From the NCBI GenBank assembly GCA_963662315.1, contig OY759353.1, forward strand, positions 3,264,001 to 3,328,000: a stretch of DNA of 64,000 nucleotides. Direction: 5' to 3'. This document shows, in pieces, positions 56,233-64,000 of this stretch (position 1 is the first letter of the stretch; every line of letters begins with the position of its first letter). The stretch is from Geopsychrobacteraceae bacterium (GTDB lineage Bacteria > Desulfobacterota > Desulfuromonadia > Desulfuromonadales > Geopsychrobacteraceae). The notes under the pieces are model-generated. The model made no database searches, was not told where the DNA came from, and saw nothing but the letters and a program-made list of their open reading frames with translations. The position numbers and the translations under genes were made by a program.

Positions 56233-56442
56233 TTAGTCAGCAGCAACCATAACCGCTGACGCCTTGATAACGGCATATGCTTCGCTGCCGACTTTCAGCC
56301 CCAGCGCTTCTGCAGATTTTTTGGTGACTATTGAAGTAATTTCACAACCCGGAGCAATTTCAATGATGACCTCGTCATTGACGGCACCGACTTCAATCGC
56401 TTTGACAATCCCTTTAAGAACATTGCGTGCACTCAGTTTCAT
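56233..56442 (-). CDS. mop: Molbindin (Mop/TOBE molybdate-binding protein)
   Basis: MKLSARNVLKG, GAVNDEV, SIVT, LGL, AVIKAS. Confidence 0.93.
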   Translation of the reverse strand: MKLSARNVLKGIVKAIEVGAVNDEVIIEIAPGCEITSIVTKKSAEALGLKVGSEAYAVIKASAVMVAAD

Positions 56443-56534
56443 TGTTTTTTTCCTTTTTACTGGGAGTATCTTCTTCCTATCTTCCCTATGAAGATAGGAA
56501 ATTAAAAGATTATCTGTTCAAATAATTCATATTT

Positions 56535-58559
56535 TCAAAAACGAATGTTCAATCCTGCCAGGACAGTGCGTCCGGCGGTCAGTTCCCCCGCTTCGACATA
56601 ATATTTATCGGTCAGGTTATGGCCTGTGACATAGAGGCGTCCGCTGACGGTGTCAGAGGTGAAAATTTCCTGTTCGATTCTGGCATTAAGCAGCAGGTAA
56701 TTTTTTGCTTTAACCCGTTCATAGGTGTTGTTGTCTTCATAATACTGATGAGCGACATAAGACGTTTGTACACTGGTGCTCAACCCAAAGGGGAAACGGT
56801 AGCGGACATCAAGATTGGCGCGATGGCGCGGGCGGTTAAACAGCTCCTTGCCGGTACTTTCGTCTTCGGTTTTCAGGTAGGTATAGTTCAGGCCGGTGGA
56901 TAGGTCGCGGGTGATATGATAATCGGCACTGAGCTCAACCCCTTGAATGGTTGCTTCGTCAACATTGACATAGACCTTGGTGCTGCTGGCACTGTCGGTA
57001 ATAGTATCGATCAGGTCGCTGACATCATTGTAGAAATAGGCGCCACTGATGACGAGATCGTTATTGACATGGTGCTCAACCCCGATCTCGTAGGCGATGG
57101 TCTGTTGAGGATCAAGCTCATAGTTGCCTGCAATCCAGGAGGCTCTGGTATAAAGTTCTTTCAGGTGGGGAAAGCGGGTTTTTTTGCCGATGGAGGCATG
57201 CACCGAGGTACGAGGAGTGAGGCTGTATACCAGGCCAATTTGGGGATTCAGGGCATCGACCCGGTCCGTGGTAAAGCCGCCGCCGGCGTCTGCAGCGTGC
57301 TTCACTTCGGGATCAAATACGTCATAACTGGTGCCGACAACGACTGAAAGCCGGTCGCTGATACTGATTTCATCTTCCAGGGCCACAGAATAGGTGGTGG
57401 CCTGGTAGTGCGCTTCATCGGTCCAACCTGTGTCCAAAAGGTCCTTGCTTTTGTGGTCGTCAAGGGCGTAGTTAAAACCGATTTTAAGCAGGTTGTGTTC
57501 ACCGACATTGATAAAGGCCTGGGTTTCGGCACCCACGGTGTAGTTATCGTAGGTCGATTTGTAAAATTGGTGATATCTTCGCCACATCAGGCTGGAATCT
57601 GCGGGCAGGGTCTCTGTCAATTCATCATCAAATTTCATGTAATAGACCCGCCCTTTAAGGCGCAGCCAGTCAGTAGCTTGGGTCTCTCCCACTAATCCCA
57701 GTGTCCACTGTGTCCAGTCCGTAAAGGTCCAGGTCCGTTCCGGAATACCTTTTTCATTATTGTGATAATCAAGGGTCAAAAAGACCTTGCTGTCATCACT
57801 GGGTTCCCAGCCGAGCTTGGCATTGATGGCATGGCGCTCATAACCACTGTCATCACGGCTGCCGCCATCTTCACGCAGGTTGTTGCCATTAACGCTATGA
57901 GTCCCGTTGAAAATGGCATCTTTGTCAAAATCGTCCGACAGGTTATAGGCATCAGATTCGCTGAAATTGTAGCTCAGCCAATAGCTGAAATTGCCGCGTT
58001 TGACACCTGTGTTCAGGGTGTAATTCTGGGTACCATAATCGCCCCATTCTGCATTCAGTTCTAGGGTTGGCTTGGTCGTGGCGGTTTTGGTAATGATGTT
58101 GATAACTCCGCCCATGGTATTGGCACCATAGAGAACCGAGGACGCTCCTTTGGTCACGGTAATTTTGGCTATGGACGCAACCGGAATCTGGGCCAGGTCA
58201 AGATCGCGAAAGTACTGTTCGTAAACCGGAATGCCATCAATCATCACTTTCAGATCGCCCTGGTCAAAGCCGCGCACCTTGACATATGACTGCCCTTTGC
58301 CACCGGTGACCACATCGACACCGGGAAGCATCTCCAGGGCTTCGGCAACGGTGCTGGCTCCACGTTGAGTAATATCCTCGGCATCAATCTCTGTAACAGT
58401 TGTTGCCAGATCGACCGTCTGTTGTTCGGCGCTGACGATAACCTCTCCCAATTGAAAGACGTTGCTATCATCAGTCGTAGCAAAGGCGCTAATCGGTGCT
58501 AGCTGCACGGCTGTTACCAACAGCCCTGCGCAGATGAATTTTTCAAGTCCGTGTTTCAT
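56535..58559 (-). CDS. TonB-dependent receptor
   Basis: TonB box LGEVIVSA, VRG, IDG, VTKGASSVLYG, GGVINIIT, NLTD, terminal F. Confidence 0.95.
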   Translation of the reverse strand: MKHGLEKFICAGLLVTAVQLAPISAFATTDDSNVFQLGEVIVSAEQQTVDLATTVTEIDAEDITQRGASTVAEALEMLPGVDVVTGGKGQSYVKVRGFDQGDLKVMIDGIPVYEQYFRDLDLAQIPVASIAKITVTKGASSVLYGANTMGGVINIITKTATTKPTLELNAEWGDYGTQNYTLNTGVKRGNFSYWLSYNFSESDAYNLSDDFDKDAIFNGTHSVNGNNLREDGGSRDDSGYERHAINAKLGWEPSDDSKVFLTLDYHNNEKGIPERTWTFTDWTQWTLGLVGETQATDWLRLKGRVYYMKFDDELTETLPADSSLMWRRYHQFYKSTYDNYTVGAETQAFINVGEHNLLKIGFNYALDDHKSKDLLDTGWTDEAHYQATTYSVALEDEISISDRLSVVVGTSYDVFDPEVKHAADAGGGFTTDRVDALNPQIGLVYSLTPRTSVHASIGKKTRFPHLKELYTRASWIAGNYELDPQQTIAYEIGVEHHVNNDLVISGAYFYNDVSDLIDTITDSASSTKVYVNVDEATIQGVELSADYHITRDLSTGLNYTYLKTEDESTGKELFNRPRHRANLDVRYRFPFGLSTSVQTSYVAHQYYEDNNTYERVKAKNYLLLNARIEQEIFTSDTVSGRLYVTGHNLTDKYYVEAGELTAGRTVLAGLNIRF

Positions 58560-58602
58560 CCTGATTAACCTCCTGGTACTGAAAGAAATTAAATGACATT
58601 TT

Positions 58603-58636
58603 CGCTATTCAGGACGGAATAGCAAAAAGAATAGCG
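58603..58636. promoter_or_regulatory. Three-half-site operator upstream of the minus-strand TonB receptor
   Basis: CGCTAT-N10-ATAGCA-N6-ATAGCG. Confidence 0.6.
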
Positions 58637-58715
58637 AAAGGTCAAGGAATTTCTTTGGTCTTGTGAGGTTTGCAGCTTCTGCACGTAAAATTCAAATTTC
58701 CTAAGTATTTACAGC

Positions 58716-58780
58716 TTGACTCAGGGTTTGTATTTGTTATATCAAACGTTATACTAAAAAGAATAGCGAAAAGAATATCG
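58716..58780 (+). promoter_or_regulatory. Promoter with four-half-site operator for the second ABC operon
   Basis: TTGACT -35, then TGTTAT-N6-CGTTAT-N10-ATAGCG-N6-ATATCG (58735-58780). Confidence 0.65.
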
Positions 58781-58802
58781 ATATTCTGGAATGGATTCTG
58801 TG

Positions 58803-59831
58803 ATGAAAAAGCTGCAATTCTCTGTTGTCTTTCTGGTCCTTTTGGCAAGTTGTTCACCGGCTTATTCACGTGACATCGTCGACATGTTTAACCGCCATCT
58901 GAAGGTTCCGGAGCGGATTGAAAAAATATACGGGACCTCTCCGGTAGCAACCTATCTGGTTTACGCTCTTGATCCCGATTTAATCGCGGGTCTTAATACC
59001 GAACCTTCTGCAGCGGAAAGACCTCTTCTTAAGCAGACGTACCTTGAAAAGCCGGTGCTTGGAGGGTGGTTCGGTCAGGGGAATGTTTCGAATCTTGAGG
59101 TTTTGCTGAGCATTCATCCCGATATCATCGTCAACTGCTCGTTGGGTCCGTCGGCAACCGATGACAAAATTGAAAAAGCGCTGGCACCGTTACAGATACC
59201 CATGGTCTATGTCACGGTTGAAGCGCTGGCCGATTACCCTGCTGCTTTTCGCTTTTTGGGAAAGCTGCTTGACCGCTCCGAACGCGGTGAAGAGTTGGCC
59301 CGCTATAGTGAACGGCTTTTGGCCGAAACGGACGCGGTTCGTGCTCAGCTTGGCGGTTCTGCACCTGTGCGAATCTATTACGCTGAGGGTCCCAAGGGGT
59401 TGCAGTCAGAATGTGCCGGGTCAATGCACACTCAGGTGATTCCGTTGAGTGGGGCGACTAATGTTCATCATTGTACCGACCTGACCAATAAAGGGATGGT
59501 GACGGTGTCGCGTGAACAGGTGCTTGGCTATGCTCCCGATGTCATCATTACCCATGATGCCGAATTCTACGCCGGAGTTGCTCAAGATCCGCGCTGGCTG
59601 TCGTTTGCGGCGGTGCGTAACGGAAGGGTTTACAAAGTTCCTGTGCAACCGTTCAACTGGTTTGACCGTCCTCCGTCCTTCATGCGCCTGTTAGGCCTCA
59701 AATGGCTGCAGAGCACTCTCTATAACCTGCCTGATCACAGTGGTCTGGTTGCTGAGATCCAGAATTTCTACCACACCTTCCTGGCTGTCGATCTGACCCC
59801 GGCTGAGGCAGAACGGTTACTGCTGCCATGA
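58803..59831 (+). CDS. Class III substrate-binding protein
   Basis: Signal peptide (possible lipobox LASC), VDMFNR, RIYYAEG, WFDRPPS. Confidence 0.9.
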   Translation: MKKLQFSVVFLVLLASCSPAYSRDIVDMFNRHLKVPERIEKIYGTSPVATYLVYALDPDLIAGLNTEPSAAERPLLKQTYLEKPVLGGWFGQGNVSNLEVLLSIHPDIIVNCSLGPSATDDKIEKALAPLQIPMVYVTVEALADYPAAFRFLGKLLDRSERGEELARYSERLLAETDAVRAQLGGSAPVRIYYAEGPKGLQSECAGSMHTQVIPLSGATNVHHCTDLTNKGMVTVSREQVLGYAPDVIITHDAEFYAGVAQDPRWLSFAAVRNGRVYKVPVQPFNWFDRPPSFMRLLGLKWLQSTLYNLPDHSGLVAEIQNFYHTFLAVDLTPAEAERLLLP

Positions 59832-60841
59832 AAGGATCAGTCATCATAAGCGGGTTGATTGCAACGCTGATGGCGACCGTGCTGGTATCGCTGACGCTGG
59901 GACGCTATCCGCTGCAAATGGCCGACCTCCAACATTTTGTCATGACCTATCAGCCCGGAACTGAGTTACCGGCTGATTCGCAGCTCTTGATCCTGAAAAA
60001 TATTCTTCTCGATATCCGCCTGCCACGTATTGTTGCGGCCGTACTGATTGGCTCCGCTCTGGCAAGCGCCGGGGTGGTATTTCAGTCATTATTCATCAAT
60101 CCGCTGGTGTCCCCCGGTGTCTTGGGGGTGCTGTCGGGAGCATCGTTTGGGGCTGCTGTCGGCATGATCCTGGGGAAAAGCTGGTTGATGGTCCAACTGG
60201 GGGCTTTTGGCTGCGGGTTGCTGGCGGTGTTGATTGCTCTGGGACTGTCGCTGATTAATCGAGGTGATCGCCTGTTGATGCTGATTCTGGGTGGCATCAT
60301 CAGCGGGGCTATGTTTACCGCCCTGCTGTCGGTGGCTAAATATCTGGCGGATCCTTACGAACAGTTGCCGGCAATTGTCTACTGGTTGATGGGGGGCTTG
60401 TCGGCCACCGATGTCCACACCGTGGTGACCGTCAGTGTCCCGATTATCGGATCTCTGCTGCTATTGCTGATTATGTCCGGTTATCTCAATGTGTTGAGTA
60501 TGGGCGATGAAGAGGCGCGCGCCTTGGGGGTGAATGTGACCCGTTTGCGCTTTGTCTTTATTTTTTTGGCCACGGTCATCAGTGCCCTGACGGTCATTCT
60601 CGGTGGCATCATTGGCTGGGTCGGCCTGCTGATTCCACACATTGCCCGGATGCTCATTGGTCCGGATAATCGTTTACTACTGCCTGCCGCGGCCCTGATC
60701 GGTGCGATCTATCTGGTGGTCGCTGATGATATGGCACGCTTGTTATTCAGTGTGGAAATTCCCATCGGCATTTTAACCTCGTTGATCGGAATTCCCTTTT
60801 TTGCCTGTATTTTGCGTAAAACGCGTAAAGGTTGGAGTTGA
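59828..60841 (+). CDS. FecCD/BtuC family ABC permease
   Basis: IRLPRI, NPLVSPGVLGV, GDEEARALG, GWVGLLIPH, EIPIG. Confidence 0.94.
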   Translation: MKGSVIISGLIATLMATVLVSLTLGRYPLQMADLQHFVMTYQPGTELPADSQLLILKNILLDIRLPRIVAAVLIGSALASAGVVFQSLFINPLVSPGVLGVLSGASFGAAVGMILGKSWLMVQLGAFGCGLLAVLIALGLSLINRGDRLLMLILGGIISGAMFTALLSVAKYLADPYEQLPAIVYWLMGGLSATDVHTVVTVSVPIIGSLLLLLIMSGYLNVLSMGDEEARALGVNVTRLRFVFIFLATVISALTVILGGIIGWVGLLIPHIARMLIGPDNRLLLPAAALIGAIYLVVADDMARLLFSVEIPIGILTSLIGIPFFACILRKTRKGWS

Positions 60842-60843
60842 AG

Positions 60844-62712
60844 ATGATGAAGTTTGCAAGCATTGCCACATTTCTGCTGTTGCTGGTGCCGGGGGGCGTC
60901 AGCGCAGCTTCTGAACACGAACTGTCCCCCCTGGTGGTGACCGCAACCATGACAGAACAGAACTTTGCTGTAGCTACCGGTACCGTCGAGGTGATCAGCA
61001 GTGAAGATATTGCCAGGTTGGGGGCTGAAGACGTTGCCGACGTGCTGCGCTATGCCACCGGCCTTAACCTGCTGACCGGCACCGGGCGCGCCAAAGAGGT
61101 ATCGATTCGTGGTATGGGGGCGGGCCATACCCTGATTCTGCTCGATGGTCGCCGTATCACCGGTGGTTACAATGCGACAGTCGATGTGCGGCAGATTCCG
61201 GTCGTGCTGATTGATCATATCGAAATCGTTCGAGGCCCCGGTTCGGCCCTGTATGGCAGCGAGGCGACCGGCGGAGTCATTAACATTATAACCAAACAGG
61301 CGCCCAAACAGACCGAAGCCGCTATCGATGCCCGCGGCGCTGTCGGGCTTGCTGCTGAACAGAATTTGCAAGGCATGATTGGTAGCGGCAGTGGGCTGCT
61401 GCGGGCCATTATTGCCGCTGCCCATTATGAGCAGGATGGTTGGGATAAAGCCGGTGATCCGGTTCAGGAGCTGGATGATCTGCAGCAGGATAGTCTGTTT
61501 ACGCGGGCGGCCGTCGATCTGGCCCAAGGACATGAACTGTCGGTAGGGGGCGAGTGGAGCAAGTTTCAGCGTGACGGTACCCGCTATTATATGAATGCGG
61601 AGCGGATGCGGAAGGGCGAAGAAGAACGTGTCGGTGGATTTTTGCAGTACCGTTACCAGCCTGATGCTGATTACGACGCGATGTTCAGGGTTTATGGCAA
61701 CCAGAGCGAAGGTTCATATCGTTTCTCCCCTGTAGCACCATCCTCCTCCTCAGATGAAAACCGCCGGGAGCTGTTGCAGATTGAAAGTCGTGGTTCCGTC
61801 AGTATTGCAGAGACCTTAACCCTGACAGCTGGAGGGGAAATGCGTTGGGAGGCTCTGGAAGGTGATCAGCTTGACGCTTTGAGTGATGATCGCAAATCAG
61901 AGCGCGTTAGCGCCGTGTTTGGGCAGTTTAACTGGGTACCGATCCCGTGGTTCAGCCTGGTTGGCAGCCTGCGCTTTGACGATTATCGCAATTCCGGCAA
62001 CGACCTGTCGCCGCGCCTGGTGGCCAGCTTTTATCTGCCCAAGGGGAAGGTGTGGGCAAGTTATGGTGAAGGCTTCCGAGCGGCATCCCTCGATCAGTTT
62101 TACGGTCAGGTCTATAAACGCCAGGGCAAAGACCTTTACCTGGGAAATGAAGATCTTGATCCGGAAACGTCGCGCAGTGCCGAAGCCGGGATCGCGCTGC
62201 ACAACGACCGACTTCGTGGTCAGCTGGTCTATTTCTATAATCGTATTGAAGATCTTATCGATGCAGAGTTGGTGTCAACGGCCAGCGGCAAGCGGACTTT
62301 TGAATATCAGAACGTCAACAAAGCCACGACTTACGGTATTGAGCTAGAAACCGGTGTGACACTGACCGAACGACTTGATCTGTCGGCTCAGGGGACCTGG
62401 CTACAGACTGAGAACGAGGAGAGCGGTGAAGATCTGGCCAATGAACCGGAATGGAAGGGTGACGTTGCTCTGACCTGGCAGATTCCGCTAATCGAGGTTG
62501 AGGCCCAGATGCGTTATCTCTACTTTGGCACCAGTGAAGACGGCAGTGGCGGTAAGCTCGACCGCTATGACCTGGTCAGCTTGAGTCTGACGAAACAGGT
62601 GACGGAAAACCTGAAAATCTATGCCGGTTCCGACAACCTGTTTCAGGAAGAAAATGATGACTACTTTCAGGATCCCCTGGAAGTGTATGCAGGGCTCACT
62701 TACCGTTTCTGA
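60844..62712 (+). CDS. TonB-dependent receptor
   Basis: LVVTAT, SIRG, LLDG, IEIVRGPGSALYG, GGVINIIT, LDPETS, terminal F. Confidence 0.95.
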   Translation: MMKFASIATFLLLLVPGGVSAASEHELSPLVVTATMTEQNFAVATGTVEVISSEDIARLGAEDVADVLRYATGLNLLTGTGRAKEVSIRGMGAGHTLILLDGRRITGGYNATVDVRQIPVVLIDHIEIVRGPGSALYGSEATGGVINIITKQAPKQTEAAIDARGAVGLAAEQNLQGMIGSGSGLLRAIIAAAHYEQDGWDKAGDPVQELDDLQQDSLFTRAAVDLAQGHELSVGGEWSKFQRDGTRYYMNAERMRKGEEERVGGFLQYRYQPDADYDAMFRVYGNQSEGSYRFSPVAPSSSSDENRRELLQIESRGSVSIAETLTLTAGGEMRWEALEGDQLDALSDDRKSERVSAVFGQFNWVPIPWFSLVGSLRFDDYRNSGNDLSPRLVASFYLPKGKVWASYGEGFRAASLDQFYGQVYKRQGKDLYLGNEDLDPETSRSAEAGIALHNDRLRGQLVYFYNRIEDLIDAELVSTASGKRTFEYQNVNKATTYGIELETGVTLTERLDLSAQGTWLQTENEESGEDLANEPEWKGDVALTWQIPLIEVEAQMRYLYFGTSEDGSGGKLDRYDLVSLSLTKQVTENLKIYAGSDNLFQEENDDYFQDPLEVYAGLTYRF

Positions 62713-62734
62713 AATTGCAGGATAAGGAGGACCC

Positions 62735-63568
62735 ATGTCGCTGATTGAAATGACCAATCTGAGTTATGGCTATACCAATAAACGGGTTCTGGATGATGTC
62801 AGCCTGACTATTGAAGCTGGTGAAGTTGTCGCCCTGCTTGGTCCCAATGGCAGCGGAAAGACAACGTTGCTCAAATTGCTGCTTGGTTTGTTGACTCCGC
62901 AACGCGGGAAGGTCCGTTTTGATGGTTGTGACATCGCTTCTCTGAGCGCCCGCCAGCTGGCGCGGCGGGTGGCTTATGTTCCTCAGGTCCATCGTATGGC
63001 TTTCGGCTACCGGGTGCTCGATGTGGTGCTGATGGGGCGTATGCCCCATAAGGGGATGTTTTTTACCTACAGCAAAAAGGATGAACAAATCGCTTTGGCA
63101 GCCTTGGAGCGTTTGTCGATTAGCCACCTGAAAGAGCAACCGTATACGGAAATCAGTGGTGGGGAGCGGCAACTGACGCTGATCGCCCGGGCTCTGACCC
63201 AGGGAGCAGAGATCTTTGTCATGGATGAACCGGTCAATGGCCTCGATTACGGCAACCAGATCCGGCTGCTCAGCCGCATTGGCGAGTTGGCCGAAGCAGG
63301 CTACACCTTTATCAAAACAACGCACTATCCTGATCATGCGTTATGGGTGGCACACCGGGTGGTGATGCTGCAACAGGGCCGAATTCTGGCAGATGGACCT
63401 GCCGGACAGGTGGTGAACCATGACAATCTGCTGCAGTTGTATCAGGCCCGTGTTGATGTCTGTGCATTGCGTGGCGGGGTTGTGTGTGTGCCGGAAGCGT
63501 TACAGAAAAGCCGGTCGGGTAGCGATGTCGGTAAGGTGTCTCTTTTGCGTCAGGTTGTTGGAGCTTGA
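62735..63568 (+). CDS. ABC ATPase (FepC/BtuD-like)
   Basis: GPNGSGKTT, ISGGERQ, MDEP. Confidence 0.95.
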   Translation: MSLIEMTNLSYGYTNKRVLDDVSLTIEAGEVVALLGPNGSGKTTLLKLLLGLLTPQRGKVRFDGCDIASLSARQLARRVAYVPQVHRMAFGYRVLDVVLMGRMPHKGMFFTYSKKDEQIALAALERLSISHLKEQPYTEISGGERQLTLIARALTQGAEIFVMDEPVNGLDYGNQIRLLSRIGELAEAGYTFIKTTHYPDHALWVAHRVVMLQQGRILADGPAGQVVNHDNLLQLYQARVDVCALRGGVVCVPEALQKSRSGSDVGKVSLLRQVVGA

Positions 63569-63638
63569 CAGCCGCCCTGCCAAAGGACTCCGAAAGACCT
63601 GCTTCAGTTGATGGTGGAGTAGAGGAAAAGGAAAAGAA

Positions 63639-64000
63639 GTGCTCAAGACAAGCTTAGTATTAATGATGTTAACCCTTGGTTGCTGGTGTTTCAGCAGTCT
63701 TTCCCAGGCTGTGGATAACTCTGTTGAAAAGAGGATAGAAGAGCCGGTCAGTCAAGCTATATCCCTCAGAAAAAACCTGCAAAAGCATGAAAAACAGTGG
63801 CTTCAGGAGAAACATGAAAAGCTGACACGTTATGCACAGCTGGAGCAGGAACTTAGAACGCTTCAGGAGCACAAAGAGCAACTTGAGAGTCAAGCTGATG
63901 CTGTACAGAAACGGGTTCGAGCGAAACAGATCGAACTGGATGAATTAGCCCGGATCAGTGATCAGCTGGCACCCTTTATCGCCGAAACCATGCAGCGCCT
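63639..64000 (+). CDS. DUF3450-like periplasmic coiled-coil protein (start of a TonB/ExbBD energizer cluster), partial
   Basis: My translation from GTG 63639: signal peptide, then coiled coil ...QWLQEKHEK...ISDQLAPF; open to the window edge and absent from the ORF track. Confidence 0.6.
   Translation, partial: MLKTSLVLMMLTLGCWCFSSLSQAVDNSVEKRIEEPVSQAISLRKNLQKHEKQWLQEKHEKLTRYAQLEQELRTLQEHKEQLESQADAVQKRVRAKQIELDELARISDQLAPFIAETMQR

Noticed and set aside
58560..58802. Fur box or B12 riboswitch controlling the FecCD/TonB genes
   Set aside because: No GATAATGATAATCATTATC-like 19-mer or cobalamin element was seen; the CGYTAT/ATARCG motif explains the repeats better.
1..64000. Prophage, integrase, transposase, CRISPR-Cas, defence system, rRNA or tRNA
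   Set aside because: No ORF or repeat pattern supporting these was found by eye.

Overview
Chromosomal window from an anaerobic deltaproteobacterium, probably Desulfuromonadales-like (inferred from gene content only). No rRNA, tRNA, CRISPR or transposase was seen. 1-16 kb: Mrp Na+/H+ antiporter operon, trxB, comM, an alpha-2-macroglobulin (with an unusual N-terminal LprI-like domain) plus pbpC, and moaC-mog. 16-22 kb: a sigma54-type operon of unknown function (MobA, CCG Fe-S protein, Mo/W-bisPGD oxidoreductase, Cys-substituted DUF2064-like transferase, ferredoxin-DUF169 fusion). 22-33 kb: ppk2, minCDE, rhomboid-TPR protease, GNAT, DMT, DsrE, aminotransferase and AlaX. 32.5-37 kb: a KamA + two ATP-grasp + GNAT operon whose divergent GNAT-deacetylase partner is broken by an internal deletion. 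The best candidate for an undescribed system is 37-64 kb. This ~27 kb Mo/W-linked island holds modD, modAB without modC, molbindin, XdhC, FmdE, three DUF364 proteins, four SAM methyltransferases, a radical SAM-binding-protein fusion, three TonB receptors and two FecCD-type ABC importers. Its promoters share a ModE-like half-site, twice arranged as the same 46-bp four-half-site operator. All family calls come from motif recognition, not database searches.
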